Shown: positions 1 to 12,997 of the stretch, piece by piece
Position numbering within the stretch: the stretch's first letter is position 1
Layout: every line of letters begins with the position of its first letter
Assembly (NCBI GenBank): GCA_964016885.1
Contig: OZ024741.1
Span: forward strand, 192,262,001-192,326,000
Reading direction: 5' to 3'
Source: Eledone cirrhosa
Taxonomy: Eukaryota
Length of the DNA: 64,000 bases
Position numbers and translations under genes: made by a program
Notes under the pieces: model-generated
Told to the model about the DNA's origin: nothing
Databases searched by the model: none
Seen by the model: only the letters and a program-made list of their open reading frames with translations

Positions 1-748
1 ATTATCTCATTTTTTTTATCATCACTTCTTTCTTTGGTACAGGGAACTGAATGTGTTCCATCATGACACCAATACAGAGTTGTTTTGCCTATTGCAGACT
101 AAAAGGGATCTCTCCATGCCATGTAGTCTTTGATCTTTCACTACATTTTCTTTTAGCATCACAGTGCTACAGTCAGTAGGCACCTCTTAACCCAATGTAC
201 AACCCACCCCCACATCCTACCATATCCTCCCTTTCCTGTTCTGTCCACTGTGTCGATGACAAAACAGTAAGGTGGCCACGTAGGAGACATGGTGAAAGGG
301 CTCCCAGTCCACACTGTAAATGTGGTTGGTGTTAGGAAGGGCACCCAGCTATAAAAAAAACCTGCCAGAGACTTCTGTGCGAGTGAGACACGGTATCCTG
401 ACCATTCCCGCATTAAATGGAACAAAACCGTCTAACCCATGCTAGTGTGGGAGATGGACATTAAACGATGATGATGATGATGATGATGATGATTGCTTGT
501 ACTGGTACTGGTGGGTAGGTCTTTTCTAGTATAGCAAGTCACCAGTCGACAGAATCTTATGTGTGTTAAGTATATATATCTATCATCATTTAACATCTGC
601 TTTTCCTGCTGTATATATATAAAGTTATATATACAGAGTGGGTAACAGAGACTGCACCAATATGTATATAAATATACATATATCTAATATGTAGGAATAT
701 AAATATGTTAGAAGATACGATTTTCCTTGTAAATTGAAAAAAATGATG

Positions 749-800
749 AACATCTTTAATCGATTTTTGGACCAAGGTGGGCCCTCATCAGAAGACATGT
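749..800 (-). ncRNA. Degenerate minimal type I hammerhead ribozyme motif
   Basis: Minus strand tctt-CTGATGA-gggcc cacctt ggtcc-AAAA-atcgat-TA-aaga. Stems I and II pair and stem III is palindromic, but GAAA reads AAAA. Confidence 0.55.
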
Positions 801-872
801 ATATCATCCAAACAACCACAAGGAAACATATTTCATGTGCTTATATACTCATTCACTTATAGTTTTATTCTG

Positions 873-904
<32 letters not shown>

Positions 905-1825
905 CATCATCATTATCATCATTGTTTAACGTCCACCTTCCACGCTGATAACAATTTGTTTCATTTATTTCATTACTCCTATATGTTATGTTATATGTAT
1001 ATTCCATATTTCATGATCTCCATTATATTCCCCTAATCCTTTTATTTTATTTTATTTTATTTTATTTTATTTTATTTTATTTTATTTTACTTCATTTTAT
1101 TTTAAAAAGGTTTTTCAATTTTTACAATTTTTCATTCATTTTTCTTTTTCTTTGTTTTCCTTTCTTTCTTTTTCATTTTTAATAACTTATATTTTATATA
1201 TTTGCTTGACACTGATTCCACCCTGACACCAGTTACTCATCCAGCTGTCATTGTCTCCACCATTGCCATTATCATATTTTATCACCCTTAGATGTTACAC
1301 TATAATTCATATTATTTATAATCTTATATTTCCATAATCTTCATTGTATTTAATTCCTTGATATTTTCATAACTTATATTTTACATATTTACTTGACACC
1401 GATATCACCCCACCATCACTTACTCCCTCGCCCGTCATAGTTTCCACCATCACCATTTTCATATATTTCATCTCCCTTAGATGTTACAGCTCTATTCTTC
1501 ATAACCCTATGTTCTATTGCCATTATCATATTTTATCACCCTTAGATATTACACTATAATTCATATTATTTATAATCTTATATTTCCATAATCTTCATTG
1601 TATCTAATTGTTTATATTTTCTCTATTCTCCATCTTTTAATTTTAAACAACATCACTTTATCACTATATTCTTTACTTATTTCCACAACGCCAACACTTC
1701 TGTCACTACCACCACTATCCCCTACCCTAGCTTCCATACACCCACCCATTATAGGTTGTCTTTACCCACTTATATTATCTGTATATATGAATGTAAGTAT
1801 TTCTATTTGTATATTTATATTTGTA

Positions 1826-2155
1826 CTAGCAGCAAGACTCAGCGTTGCACGGGGTAGGAAATGTGAAATAGCATCACGCATATGCAAAGATTGAGGAATA
1901 TAGCTGTGTACTTTTTGAATTTCCTTATTCTCAGGGAATGATTGTCCATCTACTGGAAACATAGAGCACCAGAAAGCCCGAATCATGAAACATCTGCACG
2001 CATGTGTAAAATCTGAAGAAAATCAGCTGGATACTCTTTAAGCGTACTAAATCTTAGAGTATGATTTTTTTTCCATTTGGAGAAAATCGATTAGGTACTT
2101 TTCGAGTTTTATAGATTCGCAGTCAGTCATCCGGACAGACATCATCAGTTATGTC
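1826..2155 (-). mobile_element. Non-autonomous Helitron-like element
   Basis: Minus-strand 3' end ...CTAG|T preceded by a degenerate GC hairpin (actcagcgttgcacggggt); cagt/caga micro-repeats at the far end. The 5' boundary is uncertain. Confidence 0.45.
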
Positions 2156-3270
2156 TATTGCACCTGCATGCATACTGTACAGAGTAAAGCCTGCAATGCT
2201 TGAGTAAGACATGTCATGTAACCACACAGCATGTTGGGCTTTCCCCAGAGGAGACCATAGCCTCTTCGTAAAGCTACCCAATCTGATATAGACCGAACTG
2301 TTATATAGGATGCCAAACGCTTCGGAGTTGCTATTGGGGTCACCATCAAAAATTCATTTAAGTAGGGATATTGAGATGACGAAATCAGCGTGGCAACGCA
2401 GCTGCAGCAGAAGGGGGTCATAGTGCAATTAGCACAAACGCTGGGCGGCACTGGTTGCACTGCGTTTACATAGCAACAAAGGTGCAACAAAAGGGGTCAC
2501 TGCGGTATTAGCACAAGCGCTGTTCGGCGTACTTGCGCAGGGCGTTCATACTGCGGTGTAGGTGCAACAAAAGGGGTCTTAGTAGAAGTAGCACAGACGT
2601 GAGTTTTACGGTGTAAATAATACGGCAGCGTACACAGGGCCCGGATTTGCGCGTGATGAAAGCACAAAGCGTCAACAGGGTGCCGACAAAAAATTTAAGG
2701 TCCTCCTCATTTCCTTTATCCCCCCAAAATGGTCCTGCTTAAAAGTAAGTAAGTGTTTTGTCCTCTGTTAAATAAACCAAATTTTTAACGAAATATTAAA
2801 CGCTACTTACGATGTTTAGGTAGCATTTATATTGAAAATGAAAATGGCATGTAATGCCCAATGCTAATTCGTAAATTTCCTAGAAACCATTAATGGAATT
2901 GGAAATTTTTTCATCCACAGCAATGCGAAGGGAATAACTTATGTGTGCTGCAAATTTTGAGGACATTGACTGGATTATCTTTAAGTTATGCCTAAAAAAA
3001 GCCAAAAAATACCTCAAAAATGCGTTTTTTTGCCTAATGCGGGCTCTATATATGTGTGTGAATTTTTATGTGTATCTATTATGTGTATCTATTATGTGTA
3101 TCTATCATCATCATCATCATCATCGATTATGGGTGCTGGGTGTTTTTTTTAAACATGCATATTTATATATATACATATATACACATATAGATACATACAC
3201 ATATACATACACACATACACACACACATACATAAGTATATAGAAGGATAGAGGGAAGAATATTACATACA

Positions 3271-3758
3271 CTAGCAGAAAAACCACCCTTCGGGTGGTTT
3301 TCTGCTTGCATGTGTAATGTGTATATTGATATTATACGCAAGTATATATACATGTAGATATGATACATCAAATAAAACCGTAATTGACAATATGTAATAC
3401 ACAGAAATTGAATGAAGACTGTGTTACACTGTCTTATGTAATCAGTAACATAATCCATGATACATTAAAAAAAGACGATATTATATATAAACTGCATTAG
3501 GAGAAAATTAGTGACAGAAATATATGAATATTTATTTAAATGATCGCTAACCGGAAGTGTTGACATTTGAAAATTTTAAAGAAGTGAGTCTTTAAATAAG
3601 TAATAAAATATATTTAATGAACAACCACGAAATTTAGTAGATAAATTATGTAATATTCATTCATTATTTATTCAAAGTAATCCAACTTATTTTACTAATG
3701 GGATAACAAATTATAAACTGTACGCAGTCCCACGCTTCTTACTTTATTATAGTTTAGA
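3271..3758 (-). mobile_element. Non-autonomous Helitron
   Basis: Minus strand starts TC and ends CTAG, with a subterminal hairpin (aaaaccacc cttcgg gtggtttt), inserted between A and T. The uninterrupted empty site is visible in the inverted paralog at about 7700-7800. Confidence 0.75.
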
Positions 3759-3899
3759 TACTACAAAAATACTGATAACAAAAATAAAAGATATATATAA
3801 ATAAATATAGAGACATACACACACGCAAGTGCATATATACATATATACACACATACACACATGTATTATACACACATATACATACGCACACACATACAT

Positions 3900-3968
<69 letters not shown>

Positions 3969-4000
3969 AAAGAATAGAGGTGTAACACACAAGTTATTAT

Positions 4001-4701
4001 ATATTGGTAAATGGAATAGAAAATGCTGACAAATTGTTCACAGTGAAAAATAGTTTAATTAGGAATAAGTGAGAATTAGTAATTGTATTGGTTAGTATTC
4101 AGTTTTGGTTTTAAGTATTACCGGTTACGCATTTCTAATGCTTTTCAAAAATAATTTTAAGATAGAGCGTCCGTGATGTTTGCTCTGATCTGATTAGTTT
4201 TGGGAATTCTACCTGTTTTTATGTTAAAAAAGTGGCTCCAGCGGTATTAAAATAGGTTTTGCGCCAATTCGTATTGCAAAAATTCTTGTGGTCAAAACAA
4301 TTTTCATTGGTCGGTAGAGGTCATGTGAATGTAAAAAATTAATTTTGCGCCAAATGTAGGTTTGTGTCGGCTGACTGAGAAATGACTCTTTCACAACAAA
4401 TACGTGTGTTTTGACCACAAGAATTTTTGCAACACGAACTGGCGCAAAACCTATTTTAATACCGCTGGAGCCACTTTTATAACATAAAAACAGGTAGAAT
4501 TCCCAAAACTAATCAGATCAGAGCAAACATCACGGACGCTCTATCTAAAAATTATTTTTGAAAAGCATTAGAAATGCGCAACCGGTAATACTTAAAACCA
4601 AAACTGAATACTAACCAATACAATTACTAATTCTCACTTATTCCTAATTAAACTATTTTTCACTGTGAACAATTTGTCAGCATTTTCTATTCCGTTTACC
4701 A

Positions 4702-4704
<3 letters not shown>
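4001..4704. repeat. Long inverted repeat (arms about 4001-4299 and 4407-4704, spacer about 107 bp)
   Basis: Arms are reverse complements with only scattered substitutions; bounded by TA-rich microsatellite. Confidence 0.95.
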
Positions 4705-4752
<48 letters not shown>

Positions 4753-5055
4753 CACACACATACATATATACACACACATATAAAAAGAAAATGTAATTAC
4801 ACAATTACGGAAAAGTTTTGTATAAAATTGCAATAATGAAAAATTACAGTAAATGCTTATATTATCATATAGGCACAAAATATATGAAAAAACCTTTGTA
4901 TGTTTATGTATACATACAGGTATAACACACAAGTACAGACATACACATACAGAGACACACCTGTATGTATACACATAGGTGCACATATACACACAGACAA
5001 TAAATCCGCTCACATAAGTATACACACACACATACATATATATACACTTACACAG

Positions 5056-5087
<32 letters not shown>

Positions 5088-5280
5088 TTATATATATATG
5101 GGGAGGGTCATATTGTTATAATATTGCCAGAAATAATAACAGAACACACTCACTGTTTGGTTTGGGCTGGTCTTCGCTACTGTATCTTTTATATCTCCAT
5201 AGTTCATTTATCTGACAATTAATGTTTATCATTGATTGACCAGCAGTTAAAAATACAGATATAAATATATATATATATAT

Positions 5281-5330
5281 AGTCTATCAAAGTTCTTTCG
5301 TCACACATCTGCGACATCATCAGTGGTACT
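5281..5330 (-). ncRNA. Minimal hammerhead ribozyme motif at the 3' end of a Penelope-like fragment
   Basis: Minus strand agtacca-CTGATGA-t-gtcgca gatg tgtgac-GAAA-gaactt-tgatagact. Core intact, 6-bp stem II, weak stem I. Confidence 0.65.
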
Positions 5331-6300
5331 ATTATGTTTCCTCCCATTGTATTGTAATGCTTACACCATTTTTATTTTATTTATTTATTTATTTATTTTT
5401 GTCTCCATCTTTGCGCATGCGTTTGCGTGTGTGTATAATGTTTGGTGTGTGTGTTTGCGTTTGAGTGTATGTGTTTTTGTTTTTATATTCTATCTTTGTT
5501 CACTAATGTGTGTTTATATGTGTTTGTTGTTATTGTATTTGTGTATATATTTATTTATTTATATTTCCCTCAAGTCAGGATTGTTTGTTTGGGTATGGTT
5601 GTTGTTGTTATTCCATTCCTTCTTACTGTTCAACTTTGGTTTTCTAAGCTCTATTTCACTTGCTTCTCTGATTTGCCTACCTGTTGAGTCATTTTTATGT
5701 TTAGATATTATTTTAATTTCTATGTTGTCTATATTACCGTCATGTTGTTGTCTGGCATGTTCGTATAGTACTGAACCGTTTTTTTTTTTGTCCTTTTAGT
5801 TCCCCCCAGTGTTGGTCTATTCTTTCTCCTATGCTTCGAGCTGTCTCATCTATGCATGTCATTGTCATGTTTCTGCGACTACCCTCTGTACATCTTATGC
5901 TATAGACTACATTTCTAGTTTTACAGTTTATCTGGGGGTTCATTTTACATATAACACATTTCTTATTAGTGGGTTTTCTTAAAGGGATATGTCTTGCTGA
6001 TTTTATGGTAGTTCCTGGCTTTTCTACCACATTCATCTTTAAGTGGGTCTTTCTTAGGGCTTTTCTACATTGGTTAGCTAATTTCCCTCTAGGGATAACA
6101 TCCACGTACATGACACTCTGGTATCTCTGGTTGTCATACCATGAAGTGTCTTTCCCTATCTTATGTTTAGTCCTAACTAAGCTATTCCATGATTTGCTCC
6201 TGTATAATGGGCAAATTCCTTTCATGTCCATATCTATGGGACACAGAACTCTGGATAAACACTGTAGACGAGAGGGCCCAAATTCTCCACTCACACTATG
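5281..6300 (-). mobile_element. Penelope-like element 3' fragment (GIY-YIG endonuclease), decayed
   Basis: ORF 5740-6294 reads CVIC...CKTRNVVYSIRC...CIDETARSIGERIDQH, a degenerate VVY...YIGET.R...R...H GIY-YIG signature; a hammerhead motif lies at the 3' end. Confidence 0.8.
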
Positions 6301-6712
6301 CTAAACCCATATATATATGCATACATACATATAGTCACCTACATATATACATATATGGGTGGGTTAAGATTCGAAAGTAAAAAGTTAAGAAAGGTAAAAG
6401 AGTGCATAATTGCATTTGTTTACCTTTCTTAACTTTTTACTTTTGTATTTATTGTCTGTGTGTAGATGTGCACCTGTGTGTATAGATACAGGTGTGTCTC
6501 TGTATGTGTATGTCTGTACTTGTGTGTTATACCTGTATGTACACATAAACATACAAAGGGTTTTTTCATATATTTTGTGCCCATATGATAATATAAGCGT
6601 TTACTGTAATTTTTCATTATTGCAACAATTTTATGCAAAACTTTACCGTAATTGTGTAATTACATTTTTTTTTTTATATGTATGTGTGTGTGTGTATATA
6701 TATGTGTATGTG

Positions 6713-6748
<36 letters not shown>

Positions 6749-6826
6749 AAGTACTTGAGTACTCTGGTGCATTATGGTTCACCTGGTTCCTTACCACACT
6801 TCCTTCATTATATATATATATATATG

Positions 6827-7122
6827 AAAGAAACAGTCCTTTTTTCTGAGGGGTCTCTTGATAAACCGAATCAACCTCACAGCAATGATGCACATTTATG
6901 ATGCAGAAATCAGTGCACACGGATCGGCGAAACTGCAGTCGGAACTTTGAAGAAAGAATAGGTATATTTTTGTCTATTATTTCCTCATATTCTTTCTTCA
7001 AAGTTCCGACTGAAGTTTCGCCGATCCATGTGCACTGATTTCTGCACAATAAAAGTGCATCATCGCTGTGAGGTTGATTCGGCTTATCAAGAGACCGCTC
7101 AAAAAAAAGGACCGTTTCTTTC
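6827..7122. repeat. Inverted repeat (about 134-bp arms, 27-bp spacer) with a hammerhead-like relic
   Basis: 6827-6960 is the reverse complement of 6988-7122. The arms contain ttgataa-(a/g)ccga...tcggc-GAAAC-t(g/t)ca-GTC. Confidence 0.9.
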
Positions 7123-8355
7123 GTAGCAAGTTAGAATTTCTCGAGAGACAGGGAGAGAGATAAACACATGATACAGTGGTTATAAATATGTATATATGTG
7201 TGTGTGTGTATGTATGTGTGTATATATACATGTGTGTATGTGCATATATATGTATATTTGCATGTGTGTGTGCGTATGTTTATATTTATTTATATCAACT
7301 AGAGATTGATTGACATATATATATATCTAAAATAAACACATGAAACAATCACAGGGGATAATTTGTAAAGTGTGTAAGCACACACAGCTAGGTAGGTAAC
7401 TAATTAAAGTTTAACTAGAACTTCAAATATAGATACCTTTTAAAATGATTAATCTTCCTTGTATATATTTCATTAAAGAAATATATTTCACCATTAATCC
7501 GTAAACACACAGTAGTCAAATCCCGGATTTTCAACAAAGGAGAAGATTTAACTATCTGTGTTTACACAGCGAATGCAAATCTGCAAATGACCAGTCGCAC
7601 GTGTTGCATTTTTAAAAACTACACACATCGTACCAGCGTCATCTCAGTGGCGCATGTCTCGGACATTACTCCCTTAATTTAATTTTGGTTATATATTTAT
7701 TTATATATATTTTTTATTTTTGTTATCAGTATTTTTGTATGTATGTAATATTATTGTGTGTTCTTTACTTTCTTCCCTCTATCCTTCTATATACTTATGT
7801 ATGTGTGTATGTATATGTATATGCATGTATATATGTATATATATATGTGTGTGTATATGTATATATGCATATTTCCATATGGTATTTTGATACATTAATT
7901 TTTTGGACGCACACGCGTATGTATCTATGCAGGTGTTGTGTGTGTGTGTGTGTGTATATGTACATGTTTATCTCATACTTATATGTGTGACTTGTATCGA
8001 ATTGTCTGACCGATAATTTTTATTTTTATTTTACATTTTTTTTTCTATATATATTTTTATACGTATGTAGGCGATTGTGTTTAGACGTATATATCTATTT
8101 CATATATATGTATGTGCATGCGCATTTGTCGTATATATATATATATATATATATTCTTTTTTACTGATATCTGAATGTGTGTATATGTATATGTGTATGT
8201 ATGTACACATGTGCTTCCTAATTTCTATAATTTTCTATATCATTTTTATATAATAATTTTTTATATACTTTCTTTCTTATGTATATTTTCCATTAATTTT
8301 CCAGCCTCACTTTCAATTTTAATAGATTTTCAATCTCATTTCGTATTTTCATTTC

Positions 8356-8437
8356 ATAACCCCTCTATCTGATGAGCGAACTAGACGTATGTTAATATTG
8401 TCTAGGGTCCTGAAACCTTTGCTAATGGAGTAGTTAT
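8356..8437 (+). ncRNA. Hammerhead-like motif with extended stem II
   Basis: ctctat-CTGATGA...ctagac/gtctag hairpin...GAAAC-ctttgcta-atggag; stem I is ctctat/atggag. Confidence 0.5.
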
Positions 8438-9217
8438 ATATTGTGTTGTTCACTTTCTAATTATATATATATACATATATATATATATATAAAATTGTAT
8501 ATATATACATATATCATCATTTCATCATTTCATCATTTCGTTTTAAGCCCACTTTTTCCCTGCTTGCAAGAGTGGGACGGGAACTGATTCTGGCTTGATT
8601 TCTACAGCTGGATGCCCTTCCTAACACCAACCTCATTTACAGTGAGTGCTGGGTGCTTTTTTGCCGTGGCACCTCCACGACCACTTTGCAGTGGAATGAT
8701 ATTGACCCCAGTCCTTATCATCTCATTTCTACAGCTGAGTAAACTGGAGCAATGTGAAATAAAGTGTCTTGCTCAAGGAAACAACACATCACCCGGTCTG
8801 AGGTGATGTATTAACCCACCACGTGGGTTCAGATAACGGTCAGTTCCTTAGCTTTGCATAGAACTAAATGCCTGTTGAAAAAGTGACTTCCTTGTTCGAT
8901 CATCATACCAAAAGCTTAACATTATTTGTTTAAGCAGACAGTACCTGATTTAGGAGTTGCAGAAACCCCATATTGGATTTTACCACCGTTTCCAGGGGTC
9001 CAGGTATAATTTTTCAATCATATTTTATTATTTGTTTGACCCGAATAGCTTGGTCGTTTCTATGGCTTTGCGGTTAATGGTTTAACCATCGTCTCAGTGT
9101 GTTTGGCCTTTTAACATATGTTGTTGCTCTAGTTCACTAGCTTCTATGGAGCGCTCGCCACACATCTCGGAAGTTGTTTTACACTAATTTCCAATAGCTG
9201 AAATGCGATTCTCGCTA

Positions 9218-9250
<33 letters not shown>

Positions 9251-9253
<3 letters not shown>

Positions 9254-9602
9254 TCATCATCATCATCATTTTACGTCCGCTTTTCCCTGCTTGCAAGGGT
9301 GGGACGGGAACTGATTCTGGCTTGATTTCTACAGCTGGATGCCCTTCCTAACACCAACCTCATTTACAGTGAGTGCTGGGTGCTTTTTTTGCCGTGGCAC
9401 CCACACGACCACTTTGCAGTGGAATGAAATGAGATGATAGGAACTGGGGTCCCTATCATCTCATTTCTACAGCTGAGTAAACTGGAGCAATGTGAAATAA
9501 AGTGTCTTGCTCAAGGAAACAACACATCACCTGGTCTGAGAATTGAACTCACAATCTTTCGATTGCAAGGCCTATGCTCTAACCACTAAGCCATGTGCCT
9601 CC
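9251..9602 (-). mobile_element. tRNA-headed SINE with RTE-type tail (5'-truncated sister copy at about 8515-8802)
   Basis: Minus strand A box TGGCTTAGTGG, B box GAGTTCAATTC, central CCTTGAGCAAGACACTT, and tail ...gcaagcagggaaaagcggacgtaaaa(tga)n identical to the RTE end at 12001-12047. Confidence 0.85.
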
Positions 9603-10259
9603 ATATATATATATATATATATTTGGCATAGAGAAGAAGATAAGTTGAAAAATTGTCAATTTCTTTCTTTCGATGTTTATTTATATATATATATAGATAT
9701 ATGTACTAATATCTGTTTGTATTAATATAGCTGTTTATATATGTGGGTTGTGTACGTATCTATATTCGTAATGGAAAATTGATCATATAGGATAACAGAG
9801 GCTAGGAAATCGCCATTTTCATCCTACCCACCCCCTTTCTATCACTTTCTATCACTTTCTGGTATAGCATGTTAAACCAAGTTCCGCTCAGCGCAGACAC
9901 GAGGCAGACGAAGGCTCTGTAAGCCGTAGCATAGGCAACCTGTTTAGGAGAGCTACCACTCCGAATAAATTGGTGAGGGGTGGAGAAGTCCCCTAAGTCC
10001 AGTAAGACAACCTCTCTAGTGCTGGTGGCACGAATAAAAGCACCCAGTCCATGCTGTAAAGTGATGTTGGTGTTAGGAAGGGCATCCTACCAGTATATAT
10101 TAATGCCAAAACTATGAGCACAACAAATGAGAATTGCAACAACTGCGTAAACAGCAATACCACTAACCATGTTAGGGCTGTGCACGGTAGTGGGGTGGCT
10201 GGTGCTGCCATGTGCGAGAACCCCCTGACCGTCATCAAGCAATCGCACAACAGGAAGAA

Positions 10260-10760
10260 GAACAAGAATATGAAGACTTCTCATCGCACAGTTGCCACAC
10301 TTAACAGGTAGATCTGGTGAGATAGTGGGGATGTTGGAGAGAAGGCATGTGGATGTTTGCTGCGTGCAAAAGGTGAGATGGAGAGGTGCCTCTGCAAGAC
10401 TAATCATAGGCAAACATCTTAGTTATAAGCTTTTTTGGGTGGGTAATGATGATGCGTTAGGTGGGGTAGTATAGTACTTGAAGTATGAGTCCATGCGCAT
10501 GGGAAGGCATGCTTTCTGTATTACTGCTTAACGCCAAAGATCTTGATCGAGCTGCAATTGTGAAAGGTCAGTTTTTATTACCGCATCCCAGGTCTTCCTA
10601 CTCCATAGCTTCCATCAATTTTGATTGTTCTGCACCTTTTTATACAGCTGTCATCCTTCATTCGCATCACATGACTATACCAACACAAATCTCCTCTCTC
10701 GTATACTGCATCAGATCCCTCTTATGCTTAATGTCTCTCACAGTTCATTTATGCTTTGTC
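10260..10760. mobile_element. Rearranged RTE LINE fragments
   Basis: The + strand reads an APE N-terminus (GRSGEIVGMLERRHVDVCCVQKVRWRG...YKLFWVG), followed by a decayed minus-strand RTE C-terminus. Confidence 0.7.
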
Positions 10761-11473
10761 GTTTGTGTATATATCTTTATTTATATATCATCATTTAGTA
10801 TGTATCTGAATGTATGTTTATTTCATGTTGCTCAAGTCCACTCAGTTGGCTAAATTGAGTTGTACCTGTAATACGAAGGGCCAGCCTTGTCACATTCTGT
10901 GTCACACTGAATCTCACCGAGAACTACATTAAGGATATGCATGTCTATGGAATGCTCAGCCACTTGCACGTTAATTTCACGGACAGGCTGTTCAGTTGAT
11001 TAGATGAGCCAGAACACTCATGGTGGTAACTGACAGAGTGCCAGATGTATGTATATTTATAAGTATGTGCATGTGTATGTATGTTTGTATATATATACAT
11101 ATGTATATGTATATTTGTTTGTACATATGTGATTATATATATTCCCTCTCTTGCTTTATTCTACCAAATTCCACCATTCTTTTTCTCCTCTGCTTCACTC
11201 CCCTACACACCCACCTTCATCATCATCACCTACTAGATCCTTGTCATATTTGTACCCTATAACCACTGATCTAATTCATCTTAAATATTTATTTCAACTT
11301 TAAAAACTAGTTGATGCCAATGTCCATTATCATCTTTTTCACACAGCTCTACTCCTCCCCCCACTGCCACTACCATCTTGTCTATTCTATCTTTTTCCCA
11401 CTAATTCACCTTCCCCAATTAACACTCTTCCCCCAGTCATCCCTTATTTGGACTGTCTCTGCTATTGTTTTAG

Positions 11474-11525
11474 CTCTTGCCTGATGACCCTGTGAGAAGC
11501 AGGCAAAACTCTTGAGTAACAAGAC
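11474..11525 (+). ncRNA. Degenerate minimal hammerhead motif
   Basis: tcttgc-CTGATGA-c-cctg tgagaag cagg-c-AAAAC-tcttga-GTA-acaaga. All three stems pair; G12 is replaced by A. Confidence 0.6.
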
Positions 11526-11713
11526 TCATTATTTAGCCTTAATAAAATGAGCACTTAAACTCTACCTCGGTATTGAAAACTCTTTTCTCTCGGCGGTCAA
11601 CTACATATGGATATATATCAAAGAAAACAAGTATATATTTCCATATAAAGTGTGAAACTGATAAGACTTTTTGTACCTCTGTTTTGTTGTTTCCTTGAAC
11701 TATATATATATAT

Positions 11714-12047
11714 GTGAACGACCAAGACGAATTGAGAAAGAAACTGGGTATAAGAGGGATAAGTTGTGGTGTGCAGGAGAGAAGGCTGAGATGGTACGGA
11801 CATGTGATGCGCATGGAGGATGACTGCTGGGTAAAGAAGTGCCAAGAAATCCCAGTAGAAGGAAGACACAGTAGAGGAAGACCACAAAAAACATGGGTGG
11901 AGGTGGCGAGAGCAGACTTCAGATCGGTGAAACTCACCGAGGAGATGACGAAGGACCGTGACAAGTGGGGAGATGCTGCCTGAATAGGACCCGTCCAACC
12001 CTTGCAAGCAGGGAAAAGCGGACGTAAAATGATGATGATGATGATGA
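11714..12047 (+). mobile_element. RTE-clade LINE, 5'-truncated 3' end
   Basis: RRLRWYGHVMRM...GRHSRGRPQKTW C-terminal motif and (ATG)n tail, inserted in (TA)n. Confidence 0.9.
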
Positions 12048-12997
12048 TATATATATATATGTGTGTAAATGATTTTTTTTTTAAAAGATGTGCCACACTG
12101 GTGAAAGTATAAGGAAAAGAAATTGAAAACGTAACTGGAGTTTTTTAAGAATATTTATTTATTTACTTTACTGGTTTCACAGTTTTTATTATTTTCAAGA
12201 GTAAAATTGGGATGGAGCGTTTTTATGTTTCTATTGCGGTTTGTCACGGATTTGGTTCGTGTTCGAAAGTTCTTTCTGTTTTATAGGAAAAAAGTGGCTC
12301 AGATTGCTATTTCTTTAAAATGTAATTTGGCTGGTTGATGACTGTCACATGATTAAGCACATTAAATTTTGTGTCATTTCATGTTCAGAAGTTCTTATTG
12401 TATTTGCTATTTTATTTGTTGGTGACTGTCATGTGATTAGGCATAATAATATAGGCACACAAATGGGTGGTTAATCATAGAAAGTTTTGTGCCAAAAGGA
12501 TGGTCAAGAAATGGGAGAGGAAGAATTAGTTCTGCTTCAGTGAGTATAGCTGATGTGCTTTACATGTCAAAATTCAGATATTCTACTAAAATAAATTGAA
12601 TGTTTGTGTTGATAGTGATGGCAGCAGCGATGGTGATGGCATAGTAGAAAAGAAAAACATTTTTTTTAGCTGTTTATCATCTTAATAATAGAAATAAAAT
12701 TGATTCCATTAGTAGAAATAGAGAAGAGTGGTATGTATGTGGAGGGGATAGCTAGCATGTTAAGATGTTGTGTGCATGCCCATATACATGTGTAAACAGA
12801 CATACATCTGCCTATATATATGTGGAGTCGTGGGGACACACACACACCGGTGCGTGCCCCCCCCCCCCCTGCATACACCCATGTACAACTATATGTGTAC
12901 ATATACACACACATACACTCACACACACATATAGTTGTTTTCTTTTATTTCTCTGCTAGAAATGAATTCATTTTTGTTATTGCCTTTGATATTTCAG

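Larger units (their letters stand above)
4750..6720. repeat. Inverted repeat pair (about 4750-5005 vs 6448-6720) bracketing a Penelope-like fragment
   Basis: aatgtaattacacaattacgg...cacacagacaataaat is the reverse complement of atttattgtctgtgtg...ccgtaattgtgtaattacatt. Confidence 0.9.

Noticed and set aside
3275-3305. Rho-independent terminator (UUCG hairpin plus T run)
   Set aside because: Better explained as the Helitron subterminal hairpin next to CTAG in a eukaryotic genome.
9530-9602. tRNA gene
   Set aside because: The A and B boxes continue into SINE body and tail, so this is a SINE head.
590-12960. Many short ORFs rich in Y/I/C/V/H/T
   Set aside because: They are translations of (TA)n, (CA)n and (TACA)n microsatellites.
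1-12997. Upstream BBS1 exons
   Set aside because: I could not find BBS1-like peptides by eye; they probably lie before the window, though a short diverged exon could have been missed.
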